From an uncultured delta proteobacterium (GTDB lineage Bacteria > Myxococcota_A > Polyangia > Fen-1088): a stretch of 64,000 bases of DNA. Made by a program: the position numbers and the translations under genes. The stretch's first letter is position 1. Every line of letters begins with the position of its first letter. A model generated the notes under the pieces. That model ran no database searches, was not told the DNA's origin, and worked only from the letters and a program-made list of their open reading frames with translations. The stretch spans positions 288,001 to 352,000 of the forward strand of contig CAVTRY010000012.1 in NCBI GenBank assembly GCA_963737265.1, in the 5' to 3' direction. Positions 30,889 to 41,212 of this stretch are shown here, in pieces.

Positions 30889-32592
30889 TTATGGACACGT
30901 CTTGAGCGCTGTGCCGAGACGGTGTTGCGCCGCAGCGAAGCCAGGCTTCAATCGGATGGCTTCTTGAAGCTGGCCGATCGCCCTATCGAGTTGGCCTTTC
31001 AGCTCGAACGCAATTCCCAGATCGTAGTGCGCCTCGGCATAGTCGGGGTTCAGGCGGATGGCATCCTGCAGTTTGCCAATTGCCTCGTCGATTTGGCCTT
31101 TCGAGCCGAGGGCTACGCCGAGGCTGGTGTAGGCCTCGGCGAGATCCGGTTTTAGGCGAATGGCTTCCTGGAAATCACCGATCGCCTCGTCGGTTTTGCC
31201 TCTCCTAAAAAGGGCGTTGCCCAAGTTGTTGTACGCTATCCAGCAGCCGGGGTTTCGGCTGATCGTGATTCGCCACGACGATTCCAAGTCCGTGTACATT
31301 CCGGCCTGCCGCCATGTCATTACCCCGAGTGCCAGCAACAGTAGTGCGCCAATTGCGGATTTCAGAAATCGTGCTCCACCAAGATATTTTGGGATCCCGA
31401 TCAATCCACGCGCCGCCAGCGCTATGGGCCCCAGGCTGGACAGGTAGACCCAGTGGTCACACACGAACGAATATCGCATGAAATACACATTCACGAAGCC
31501 CAGCACGGGAAACAGCGTCCCCGCGAAAAACAACAGCGCCGTGACGGGCCCCCGCCCAATGCGCTGCCTCGCCAGCCAGAGCGTGGAAAGCATCCCCAGC
31601 GCCGTCATCGGATACAGCCATTGCCTCCAGTCCCCGGCGTTGGGCTGCCAGCGCGTATAAACAAAACAGAGGTTCGCCGGCCAAAGCAGCTTGCCAAGAT
31701 AGAACCAGAACGCCCGGCCAGCAATCAGAAACCGTTGCGCAATGGTCAGGGCATAGTCCCGTCCTTGAGCTCCTACATGATTCTTCTCCAGCCAAGCTGT
31801 CACGGCACACATGCCGAGAGCCAGAGCGAAGAACGGCAGTGTTGGCAACACGTCCTCGCGCCACCGGAGTTGACCGCGCCGCCACCAGGCCACCAGCAGA
31901 ATGACCGCCGGCAAGGAGCAGACCGTGGTCTTGGCCAGCAGCGCACCCAGAAACAGGAGCAAAGCCAGAACATAGGAAAGTGACACGCAACCAGTGACAA
32001 CGGGTGCGTGACCGGCCGTCGCTCGTGCTTCCATCGGCCGACTCATGCCACCCCATTCGTCCCGGGCATAGTGCAGGTATGCCAGAAATGCTCCGAGGCA
32101 TAGGGTGAGGGAGAGAACGTTCTTGCGTTCGGTGATCCAGGCAGCCGATTCGACCATGACTGGATGCAAAGCGAAGAGTGCGCTTGCCAGCCAGGCGCCC
32201 GAAACTTGGAGCCGTCGCAACACCCGCCAAAAGAGCAGAGCGGCCGAGGCGTGCAACAAGACGTTCTCCACATGGTAGGGCATCGGCCAGAATTTCCAGA
32301 GTTGGTAATCCAGCCACAAGGTCGTGCCCGTTAGAGGATAGTACTGCTGCATGGCGGTGGGATGAACCCAGATTGAACGCAGACCGGAAGTGTCGCGCAA
32401 CAAGCCGACAATTTTGATGGTCCACGAGTCATCGTCCCAGACGAAGCCACCACGCAAGGCGGGAAGGTAGGCCAGCAAGACCAGGAGGACAATCGCACCG
32501 CCCGCCCAAACCGACATTGGTCGTCTTTGCGGGAACAGGCATACTGGCCCGATGGACAATGTCTTCCCTGCTCTATTTGAAATCGAGGCCAT
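30889..32592 (-). CDS. TMTC-like multi-pass membrane glycosyltransferase with C-terminal TPRs
   Basis: GGFVWDD, FALHPVMVESAAWITERKNVL, TPR repeats; start uncertain. Confidence 0.8.
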   Translation of the reverse strand: MASISNRAGKTLSIGPVCLFPQRRPMSVWAGGAIVLLVLLAYLPALRGGFVWDDDSWTIKIVGLLRDTSGLRSIWVHPTAMQQYYPLTGTTLWLDYQLWKFWPMPYHVENVLLHASAALLFWRVLRRLQVSGAWLASALFALHPVMVESAAWITERKNVLSLTLCLGAFLAYLHYARDEWGGMSRPMEARATAGHAPVVTGCVSLSYVLALLLFLGALLAKTTVCSLPAVILLVAWWRRGQLRWREDVLPTLPFFALALGMCAVTAWLEKNHVGAQGRDYALTIAQRFLIAGRAFWFYLGKLLWPANLCFVYTRWQPNAGDWRQWLYPMTALGMLSTLWLARQRIGRGPVTALLFFAGTLFPVLGFVNVYFMRYSFVCDHWVYLSSLGPIALAARGLIGIPKYLGGARFLKSAIGALLLLALGVMTWRQAGMYTDLESSWRITISRNPGCWIAYNNLGNALFRRGKTDEAIGDFQEAIRLKPDLAEAYTSLGVALGSKGQIDEAIGKLQDAIRLNPDYAEAHYDLGIAFELKGQLDRAIGQLQEAIRLKPGFAAAQHRLGTALKTCP

Positions 32593-32758
32593 CACTGGAA
32601 TCCCAGCTGAGCATGAGCAGCCGCGCATGCGGCTGGAGCCTAAAGCCGGCGCTCATTCACCGCGCCGGTCCTTTCGCGCCGAGCCCGACGCGACTGCCCG
32701 CGGCTGCTGGCGTCGGGCGCTTCTTGGGCCGATCTGAATCGCCTTGGACTGCCCTGCG

Positions 32759-34030
32759 TTACTGCCCAAATACAGAGACTATGTTGGCCTGCACGGCGTC
32801 GTCGGCTGCATCCGACGAATACTCGGCGGTCATGACACCTTCGAAGAAGTTCCCCTTCGCGCTGTTGCTGTTGTCACCACCCGTGCCCAAGCCGATGGCA
32901 CCTTCCTTCCTCATGGGAATGAATAGCGAGCTCGGGCGGTGTCCATCGAACGTCCTCCTCAGAGTGCCGGACTGCGCGTTGCCGTCTTTGATGGCCCAGT
33001 GGTTCGAGCCTGCCTTGTCGCCCTTCACCATGCCAGTGACGTAGGTGTAGTTTAGCGGCGTGTTGAGCTCGTAGTCGAGTGTGTCTCCAGCCCAGAGACC
33101 GTTTTCGAGATCCCCCATCACCCACGGTCCACTGCCCCCACCCTTGCCCCAGATGGTGCAATTTCCAAAGTAGACCGCTTCCATCGTGCCCTCGCCGTCG
33201 TCGTGACTGTTGGTCTCCATGTTCCCGTAGTCGAAGCAGCAACCACCGTTGTAGAAGGTGCCGCCAGAGACCATATACTCCGTCTCTTGGTTGTCGCCGG
33301 TTGCGGTTCCCGAGGGCGTGTTGTTCCGATAGCCAACCCCAACCACGACCTGGAGGCCGTAGAGTTTATGGCTACCGAGCGTGATCGGGAGAGCGCTCGC
33401 TTTTGCTTCGTTGTCCTGGGTCGTCTTGGCGCCACCGCCGGCGAGAGTGTGCTTCAGATCGTTGCCTTTTCCAGACTGGTCATAGATGATCGAGACGGTG
33501 CATGGGGAGGTGGCGCTGCAATTCGCGTCCTGGGCGGTCGTGTCGACGTATCCATCCGCGCCGAACCCGATATCCACGGTCGTACCACCCGTACCAGTGT
33601 TCGAGCCCCCAACCCTGACCTGGTAGGCCGCCCCGGCGTACTTGCTGACAAGACGACGGACCATGCTGTGGGCCGCCACGCACGGGCCACCGTCAGCCGC
33701 GTAGATATCACAAGGCGGCTGGGTGGGATCGAAGGTGACCGTGCCCGTCGTGCCGCCACCACCGCCCGTCGTACCACCACCGCCCGTCGTACCACCACCG
33801 CCCGTCACTCCTCCGGAACTCGTCACTCCTCCAGAACCCGTCGCAGCGCCCGTGGCACCGCCCGAGCTTGTCGCCCCACCCGAGCCTCCCGCGGTCCCGC
33901 CGCCACCACCAGAACCCGTCGCGCCACCGGCACCGGAGGTTGTGGGACTTGAGCTGAGCGTGCAGCCCCAGGAACAAATTCCGAAGATCGCGACCACCGA
34001 GAGCCCATTCAAGAATCTTCTTGTTCTCAT
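32759..34030 (-). CDS. Alpha-L-arabinofuranosidase B (GH54) lipoprotein
   Basis: PCDIYAADGGPCVAAHS, GCCFDYGNME, GPWVMGDLENG, MRKEGAIGLGTGGDNS. Confidence 0.92.
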   Translation of the reverse strand: MRTRRFLNGLSVVAIFGICSWGCTLSSSPTTSGAGGATGSGGGGGTAGGSGGATSSGGATGAATGSGGVTSSGGVTGGGGTTGGGGTTGGGGGTTGTVTFDPTQPPCDIYAADGGPCVAAHSMVRRLVSKYAGAAYQVRVGGSNTGTGGTTVDIGFGADGYVDTTAQDANCSATSPCTVSIIYDQSGKGNDLKHTLAGGGAKTTQDNEAKASALPITLGSHKLYGLQVVVGVGYRNNTPSGTATGDNQETEYMVSGGTFYNGGCCFDYGNMETNSHDDGEGTMEAVYFGNCTIWGKGGGSGPWVMGDLENGLWAGDTLDYELNTPLNYTYVTGMVKGDKAGSNHWAIKDGNAQSGTLRRTFDGHRPSSLFIPMRKEGAIGLGTGGDNSNSAKGNFFEGVMTAEYSSDAADDAVQANIVSVFGQ

Positions 34031-34063
34031 CGAAAGCATACCTCCGAGCGTGGGATAGACAGA

Positions 34064-34129
34064 AGCACCCGGTCTACGGTGCCGACGGAAACGCCCGCAA
34101 GACGGGCCATTTCTTTAGCGGTCGCTCGT
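34064..34129 (-). pseudogene. Remnant of the lacI 5' end (HTH codons)
   Basis: Translates RATAKEMARLAGVSVGTVDRVL versus RATVKEIARLAGVSIGTVDRVL in the 25760 gene. Confidence 0.8.
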
Positions 34130-34144
34130 CCTGTTTTTGTCGTC

Positions 34145-34158
34145 CGTGTACGTACACG
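34145..34158. promoter_or_regulatory. LacI-type operator CGTGTACGTACACG (GH54 gene 2)
   Basis: Third palindrome copy, after minus-strand TTGACG...TGGTACA. Confidence 0.78.
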
Positions 34159-34260
34159 TCCCATCGCTTGTACCATCTGCCAGGTTTCCCGTCAACCAAA
34201 CTTCGCTTGGGCAGGGGAGACCCTCGGTCAGCCCTTTCGCGGTGTTCGCGGTGCCTAGAT

Positions 34261-34298
34261 CCTCGCCTCTCCCCGCGTGGCCGCGGGGAGAGGCGAGG
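34261..34298. repeat. Perfect 17-bp-stem hairpin (REP-like or terminator)
   Basis: CCTCGCCTCTCCCCGCG-TGGC-CGCGGGGAGAGGCGAGG. Confidence 0.6.
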
Positions 34299-34402
34299 TG
34301 GCCGCTACGCGGCCGCCGGGAAGCAAATCCCGGTCTTAGCAGCGGGCTTTTCAACACCTTGAAAGGGCTGGCCTATGGGTCGCCTCGGTGGCAAGCAAGC
34401 GT

Positions 34403-36815
34403 TCACTTCGGAACGATTTGAATGCCATTCAAAGGACCGCGCGGGTAAGTGGCGCCATTATTAACTGCTGTCGCATTCAAATTGAAGGCGCTTACATTTC
34501 CAATAGTGAAGAGGACGTAGTTGCCGGCACTGTTGTTGGCTCGCGTGAACGTTCCACTGAAATCCACGCCTGCATTGTCAAAGCCATTTATGGTTGTTGA
34601 CGCTATACCAGTACCACTGATGGTATAGGCGCCCTCCCGCGTCTCGTTGTTGTCGCCGTCAAAGTAGACATACACGCTGTAGCCGTTGGTGTTTGCGGGC
34701 AGCCCGGATACCGTCACGGTCGTGGTCGTGCTGTTGCTCGAATCCAAATAGTACTTCATCATCCGGTTGTTGCCTGCGTTGTTGGCAATAACTGTGGCGT
34801 GAACGCTCTTGGGATCATTGAAAGTAAGTCTGGCCGCGGTGCCGGCTCCGGTCGAATTGACCAGCGGCTGGCTGGTTGCGCTCAAAGCAGCGAAGTTATT
34901 CCAATTGTTCACGGGAATCACCCCCGCGACTTCAGAAGCGGCCATATTGATTCCAGCACCGCCGGGGCCCGAAAAGTTGATGGAAATCGAATTGGGGTTC
35001 GAGCTCCCACCCGCACCGCCAGCCCCACCGCCAGCCCCGCCCGCACCACCACCAGCACCACCACCAGCCCCACCCGCACCACCTAGCAACCCATAGACGG
35101 AAACCCGGCTGCTGTAGGAGCCGACATAGGTCTTGCCGTTGGCAACCATGGGGTTCGAATCCTTGACGAAGGTGCCGAGGCCGTCCCGGCCGGAGTTCTG
35201 GTTGCTGTCCCACAGCTCTGTCCCGCCGAGGTTATCCGCATTATAGGCGCGCACGATGCCGGGCACCGTTCCGTGGTCGCTGTCGGCGGTTCCCATCGCG
35301 GCCCACACGATACCGTTGCCCCTTCCGTTGGCCGAAATCGACAGGAATCCTCCGGGTTGGCCACCCAGGGCCATCGCATCATCCTACATCGACGCAGGAT
35401 CCATCAGAGTCTCGGCCATTTCTGGAAGGTTTTCCCCTGGGGTCGGTGCGCGCGCCGGTGTGCAGGCAGGTTCGGCAGCGCGCACGGGCGCGGAGACCGG
35501 CATAACTATCGGCATCTCCGCAAGATCACTTACAATTTAGATGCGTTGGCCCTGGTTGGCCACCCGAGGACGCAGAGCTCGTTTGAAAAGGCGACGTGCC
35601 AATCGTCGAACCGTTGAACTTGAATGACTTGATATGATCGCCGTTTCCGCAATCGAAAATCAGCTGCCCATTCGCGGCGCTGTTCCAATAGACCGTCCCG
35701 CTGTGGATTTCCCCGCTCGCGAAGCCGCCAATGTGTTGCACGATCTGGCCGTTGCCCGACTGTTCGTGCCCCAGGTTCCCCTGGTTGAGCACAAAGAGCG
35801 TCGCCTGTTTGCCCCCGCCGATCGCCAAGCTTGTGCCTGGGATTAACATCGCGCCACCCGAACCCAAATCCTCGTCGCCAGCGTTAAGAGAGCTGTAGTT
35901 GTCGGGCGTGAACCAATCCAAAAGACCTAAACTGCTGCTCAACTTCAGAAAGCTTTCGCCGAAATTGCTGCTGCCATCCCAAGTGCCATTGCCGGTGATC
36001 ACGTAGACATTTCCACTCGCATCCACCGCCGGTGCCCGACCTTGCTGCCAGATGCCGCCTTGACTGCCGGTGGGCGTGTCGTTGAAGACCGCCACTCGCG
36101 CCAGACTTGTCGCATTGTAAGCCATTAAGAATCCATGATAGGGCTGAATGTCCTCATGCGACGTCCAAGCTATGATGATATTGTTGCCAGCCTTGGCCAG
36201 GCCCATCCGCTGGTTCTGCATCTTTGCACTGAAACCGGAATCTTGGGGGATGACCGCCGGCCCGCCAAGCTTTTCCGCCCCCGTCCCGATGTCCAGGGCA
36301 TGAAGGGTTTGAGCATAGGTTCCGTTGCTCGTGTTCTTGGTCCGAGCCAGGATGTAAATCGTTCCCCCGCTCTTATCGATGTAGGGAGTGCTTTCGATGC
36401 CGACATTGCCGACGATGTTGAGACCGTTATTGCCGGTAATGTCGGTTATCGGCACCGGCGTAATGCTGCCGCCCACGAAGCTGACGTGCCAAAACTGAGT
36501 GTTGCTGTCGGCATCGAAGGCGTAAACGTCGTCCCCCATCGTGACAATATAGACCACGTTGTGCGTGCCGCCGGCGATGTTCACGCCAGACACATAGAGC
36601 GGCTCGGCATAGGTGGCGCCATTGACCGAATAGCTCCACACTTTGCCGAACTGGCTTTGGTTGACGTTTGAGGGGGTCAGGATGGTTTCACTGGTGTTAG
36701 CGCCGCTGCGATTGTTGTCGTTCATGTGCGTCAGCACATCCACCGCCTTCACTGCGGGTGGCAACAGCAATGTCGCGAACAAAATGGTCCCGAACGTCAA
36801 GATGAGCTTCTTCAT
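34403..36815 (-). pseudogene. Secreted PQQ-like beta-propeller protein with C-terminal beta-sandwich, split by MITE
   Basis: DVLTHMNDNNRSGANTSETILTP, GIESTPYID, GGIWQ, DLGSGG; removing the insertion rejoins SGGQP/GGFLSISANG. Confidence 0.8.
35366..35554. mobile_element. 189-bp MITE, copy 2
   Basis: Identical to 15307-15495; 10-bp target duplication GTTGGCCACC (35356-35365, 35555-35564). Confidence 0.92.
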
Positions 36816-37168
36816 CGTCTTCCTCCGAACCCGATTGGGAACAAGCAGCACCCACACCGCCCACCGGCGTCGACGCAGCCTGCCTTGTGCGTGCGAATAT
36901 AATTCGATGTCGGGAGCTTGGAAGGGTGACGAAGTTTCGAAGCGCAAGGGTGCAACGGCGGGGATGCGGCGATGCGACGAGCGCGGCGGCAGAGTGGGAA
37001 TGAGACGTGGCTTCGAGCGGCGAATCATGAAAAGGGCGCGCGGTCAAGAGCTTTACTCCGGAATCAAGCGCGCCGATTATCGCTTATGGGTTCATAATGG
37101 AAGGTGGGCAGGCGTTGCCCGCATGGACCGTTCCGCGATGTGACGTGGTAATAACGCATGGATTGACA

Positions 37169-38446
37169 ATGCATGAGCAGCATGAAGCAAGAAGGTTCGC
37201 CGTTGCCAGAACCGGAATACTCCTCTGGCTGGCAACCGCCACGCTTGGTATTGCTTGCGTGGATCTCACACCGCCATGGAACGGCACCGTGCTTCAAGAG
37301 AACGGAAGCTCAGGCGGCGCGCCGGGCACGGGCGGGAGCCCTGACGGCAAGGTGGACGATATCGGCGCTGCCGGCACTGGAGGTAGCACGGGGACTGGTG
37401 GGGACCAGAGCTCAATCGACGGAGCTGGTGGAGCCATGGGATCTGGTGGTAGCAGAGATATCGATACCGCCGGTACCGTGGATAGCAGCATCGGCACCAG
37501 CGGCACCGGCGGCACCGGCGGCAGCGTGGGCACAGATGGCGCGGTCGGCCCCGGCGGGGGCGTACACACTGGCGGCGCGGTCGGCGCCGGCGGCAGCGTA
37601 CACACTGGCGGCGCGGTCGGCACCGGTGGCAGCGCAGGCACTGGCGGCGCGGTCGGCACCGGTGGCAGCGCACGCACTGGCGGCGCGGTCGGCACGGGCG
37701 GCAACGTGGGCACGGGCGGTGCGGTCGGCACCGGCGGCAACGTGGGCACGGGCGGCAGCGTGAGTATCGATGGGAGCGTGGGCGCGGGCGGCATGGTCGG
37801 AAACGACGGCAGCGTGGATACGGGCGGAGGCATGGACACGGGTGGGCTCGTGGACGGCGCCGGTGGAACGAGTGCGGTAGCCTGCGGAACTACCGCCTCG
37901 ACGATCTCGCAAACCACGACCTTCGCCAACCAAGCCGCCGTCACGGCATACTTTGGCACCGCTGCTGGGATTGGATTTTCGACAACGGGACCGGTAGCAA
38001 ACCCCACCCTCTGCGCAGCCGGCTGCGCAACCTACACCCTGGCATTTGCAGCAGGCAGAACAGCCTGGACAAGCTCTGGCATGACCCACTGGTTTTCTCC
38101 GACAACGAATCTCGTTGGTTCGACGCTCACCCTTTCCATGGCCATCGACAATCCGGGCGGCGTGCTGATCCAATTCCAGTCATTCGCTATTGGCGACGCG
38201 AGCACGAACTGGACCTGGAGCGCGACGGCGTCGCTCGAGGGTACGGGGTTGCCCCCTTACAACGGCGCGAACGGGCTGAAGGATCTAAGTCTGAAAATCG
38301 CCGACCACACCAATTCCGGCCAGGGTACCTTCTGTGCGTCCGCCGCTGCGGGTGTTGGCACCAGCTTGCAAAACACGGACCCCATCACCGCCTCGAATGC
38401 GGGGACCGTGACGGTGTACATCGGTAAAGTCACGATTGGACCCTGA
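37169..38446 (+). CDS. Gly-rich lipoprotein with C-terminal beta-rich (possibly carbohydrate-binding) domain
   Basis: Lipobox LGIAC; (GGAVGT)n linker. Confidence 0.7.
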   Translation: MHEQHEARRFAVARTGILLWLATATLGIACVDLTPPWNGTVLQENGSSGGAPGTGGSPDGKVDDIGAAGTGGSTGTGGDQSSIDGAGGAMGSGGSRDIDTAGTVDSSIGTSGTGGTGGSVGTDGAVGPGGGVHTGGAVGAGGSVHTGGAVGTGGSAGTGGAVGTGGSARTGGAVGTGGNVGTGGAVGTGGNVGTGGSVSIDGSVGAGGMVGNDGSVDTGGGMDTGGLVDGAGGTSAVACGTTASTISQTTTFANQAAVTAYFGTAAGIGFSTTGPVANPTLCAAGCATYTLAFAAGRTAWTSSGMTHWFSPTTNLVGSTLTLSMAIDNPGGVLIQFQSFAIGDASTNWTWSATASLEGTGLPPYNGANGLKDLSLKIADHTNSGQGTFCASAAAGVGTSLQNTDPITASNAGTVTVYIGKVTIGP

Positions 38447-38462
38447 GCCTCGGTGAGATCGA

Positions 38463-39539
38463 TCAATTCGACGGCCCGGCCGGCTCGGGCGCCGCGACCT
38501 TGTTGACCCTGCCGGACGCGAACAGGGGCACCTTCTTCTCGGGCTCGGTGCGGTCGTTGCTGACGATGAGCAGCGTTCCAGCGGCCGAACGAGCCTCGTC
38601 GTCGATGCGATCCTTCACGACCGTGACGTCGATGTGGTAGGCATTGTCGTCCTCGGCGTGTTCGAACCTGGCGGCAAAGGGACCGTCGGTGATGTGGACG
38701 GCGTGAATTTCGAAATTCGGCTGCGAGCTGCGCGCGGTGATGCGCACCGCCCGGTCGCCGGAGATTTTCAGATTGAAGTAGGGATTCGTGGGAGCGAGTT
38801 TCAGTGTGCCGGTCACGATGCAGGCAACAGGAATGGCGACTTCCTTGGGGCGTTCGAGTCCGGTGGCGATGATGATGTTGCCACTATTCGTTCCCACGAG
38901 ATGGCCACGACAGTGGACGCGGTACGACCGAACCCTGTTGGGCTCGGGAGATGACGGAACGACGTCGACGTCCGGAGGCGGAGAAGATTTCAAGCGGATA
39001 TGGGCCTTGTCGAGCAGGGCGCCCACCAGCCGGACCTCCGCGGTTCGCTCTTCGCCGAAGGGCATTTGGAGTTGAACGGACGGCATATCGAACGCCAAGA
39101 GAGGCGTCACGTCCGCGACCAGCCGAAGCGTCACCACGGGCAAATTCGCATCGTTGGAATGGATGTCGATCCCTTCGCGCAGCGAACCGTAGAGATCCGA
39201 CCGACAGGTCACGGCAAGCTCGGCGGCCTTGCCAGGCTCGATCACGTGGGCGTTGAGCGTGCCCGAACAAAAGCGACTGGAATCGACGGGGCCGACCTCC
39301 AGGTTGGCCCCGCCTTCGTTACGAATGACGACGGTTTTGCGAACGATTTCGTCTTGCACCGCCGGGCCCATGTCCAGGGTGAATCGGTCCAACCTTAATT
39401 GGGCCAACTTCAATTGGGCCGCCTCGGGCAAGGCACGCGACTCCGCCGGCCGCGCTCGACACGCGTCCAAGCTGGCGAGGAAGAGTGCCGATAGCGCCAG
39501 GGCAGTCGAAGGCTTCGCCAAAGGCACAGCTAGGGGCAA
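38463..39539 (-). CDS. DUF1573-like Ig-fold lipoprotein
   Basis: Lipobox SLDAC; IRNEGGANLEV..VDSSRFC...IEPGKAAEL; start uncertain. Confidence 0.65.
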   Translation of the reverse strand: MPLAVPLAKPSTALALSALFLASLDACRARPAESRALPEAAQLKLAQLRLDRFTLDMGPAVQDEIVRKTVVIRNEGGANLEVGPVDSSRFCSGTLNAHVIEPGKAAELAVTCRSDLYGSLREGIDIHSNDANLPVVTLRLVADVTPLLAFDMPSVQLQMPFGEERTAEVRLVGALLDKAHIRLKSSPPPDVDVVPSSPEPNRVRSYRVHCRGHLVGTNSGNIIIATGLERPKEVAIPVACIVTGTLKLAPTNPYFNLKISGDRAVRITARSSQPNFEIHAVHITDGPFAARFEHAEDDNAYHIDVTVVKDRIDDEARSAAGTLLIVSNDRTEPEKKVPLFASGRVNKVAAPEPAGPSN

Positions 39540-40909
39540 TAGCGCGGCTGACTCAGTTGACTGCGAATGCCGGCAATCGTGGCTCCCCATCCCGTCGACG
39601 GGTTGTACTGGCTGATGGAGATGACCCCGTCCGCGATGCGCGCGTTGATGTTGGCCGGCACGTTCCAGTTGGGATCTTCGCCGTTCGAGTTGCCGTTGGC
39701 GCCGTAGCCCGAATCGGCCAGGATGGGCTTTCCGGTCACGCCATTCACACCGGCCCAGGTCATGCCGCTGTTGCCGCCGCCGATGTAGCTGCTGTTGCCG
39801 GCATGGTTGCCGCCCGACGTACTGATGAAGGTGAACAGGGTCATGTCGAAGTTGGGATACCAGTCCTTGGCATTGTTCGGGATCCAGGGCGAGATATCCA
39901 TGGAGAAGCGAGCCTGGGGCAACGACGACTTGAGCGCGTTTACCAGCGCGGTCATGTTGGTTCCGGCCTGCGCGGCCGTCCACGGCTGGGTCTGGCTGGA
40001 GCCGATGTATTGATACCAATCCGGCTCCATCTCGAACACGATCGGCCGGCCGCCCAAGCAGCCGGCGAATCCGGTCGAGTTGCTGGTGTAGGCCGCGAGG
40101 ATCGCCGCCCAGTCTTGCGTGATGTACTGTGCCCCGTAGTTGCACAGGTCATTGGCGCGGCCACCCGAGCTGCCGCACGAGGTGACGTTGCAATCGCACA
40201 GACCGTGGTTGCTCTTGACGTAATTGGCGGCGATATAGGTGACGTCGACTGGCAAAAGTCCCGCCAGTGCGCCGCCCGGGGCCGACTCCTTGCACACGTT
40301 GCTCTGACCCCACGTCCCCATCATCCAGCCGGGAGTGAAGAAATCCAATTGCGGGATCATGGCCGGGCTGTTCGAGCCGCGCGTGGCGATGTTGTCGATG
40401 GTTCCGAAGTGGAAACGACATTGGCCGAACAAGGTCCCGGTCGCTGTGGTTCCGCCTGAGCCGCTGGTTCCGCCTGAGCCGCTGGTTCCGCCTGAGCCGC
40501 TGGTTCCACCCGAACTGGTGTTTCCACCCGAACCGGTGTTTCCACCCGAACCGGTGGCCCCGCCCGAGCGGGTAGCTCCGCCCGAGCCGGTGACCCCGCC
40601 CGATGCTCTCGTTCCGCCAGTCGCCGTCGCTCCCCCGGAACTCGTCGCGCCGCCGCTGCTCGCAACCGCCGAACCGCCTCCCGATCCGACGGTGCCAGCG
40701 ACGCCGCCCGAGCTGCTCGCCCCGCCTGAACCGGTCACTGGCGTGGAACTACCGCCCGTTCCTTGCGCCCCGCCCGACGACTGGCCGCCACCGGTCGCGC
40801 TCGCGGTTCCCCCACCTTGTCCACTGCTCGAAGTGGTTGGACTGCTGCCGCACCCTCCCGCGAGAAGGGCGACAAGCGTGACGGCGAAAGCGACGAGCGA
40901 CTTCTTCAT
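39530..40909 (-). CDS. Gly-rich lipoprotein with putative glycoside-hydrolase-like domain
   Basis: Lipobox LAGGC; linker; PIVFEMEPDWYQY, SMDISPW, KPILADSGYG. Confidence 0.65.
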   Translation of the reverse strand: MKKSLVAFAVTLVALLAGGCGSSPTTSSSGQGGGTASATGGGQSSGGAQGTGGSSTPVTGSGGASSSGGVAGTVGSGGGSAVASSGGATSSGGATATGGTRASGGVTGSGGATRSGGATGSGGNTGSGGNTSSGGTSGSGGTSGSGGTSGSGGTTATGTLFGQCRFHFGTIDNIATRGSNSPAMIPQLDFFTPGWMMGTWGQSNVCKESAPGGALAGLLPVDVTYIAANYVKSNHGLCDCNVTSCGSSGGRANDLCNYGAQYITQDWAAILAAYTSNSTGFAGCLGGRPIVFEMEPDWYQYIGSSQTQPWTAAQAGTNMTALVNALKSSLPQARFSMDISPWIPNNAKDWYPNFDMTLFTFISTSGGNHAGNSSYIGGGNSGMTWAGVNGVTGKPILADSGYGANGNSNGEDPNWNVPANINARIADGVISISQYNPSTGWGATIAGIRSQLSQPRYCP

Positions 40910-41212
40910 GGTGTGATTCCCTTCGCGTGATGATGGTGGACGCATGTGTATGTGTGTCGGGACACGCCAGAGCTTCAAAAAATCGCCCTGAATAGCGCAA
41001 GGGCCTGGTACTGGTGGGCGCCTAAGACTAGACGCTGTTTCACCCGTCGTCGCGCCATGCGCAAACCGCATCGTCACCGTCTATCTGCGGACGACTGCCG
41101 TCACAGGCGCCGAGACCGGCTTCGCCGACGGTCTTCCCGTGCCCGCGAGCGGCGGCGTCCCTTCGCTCGGCGGCACTCAAGTCGACGCGGCTGCCGCTTC
41201 CGCAATGGCGTT

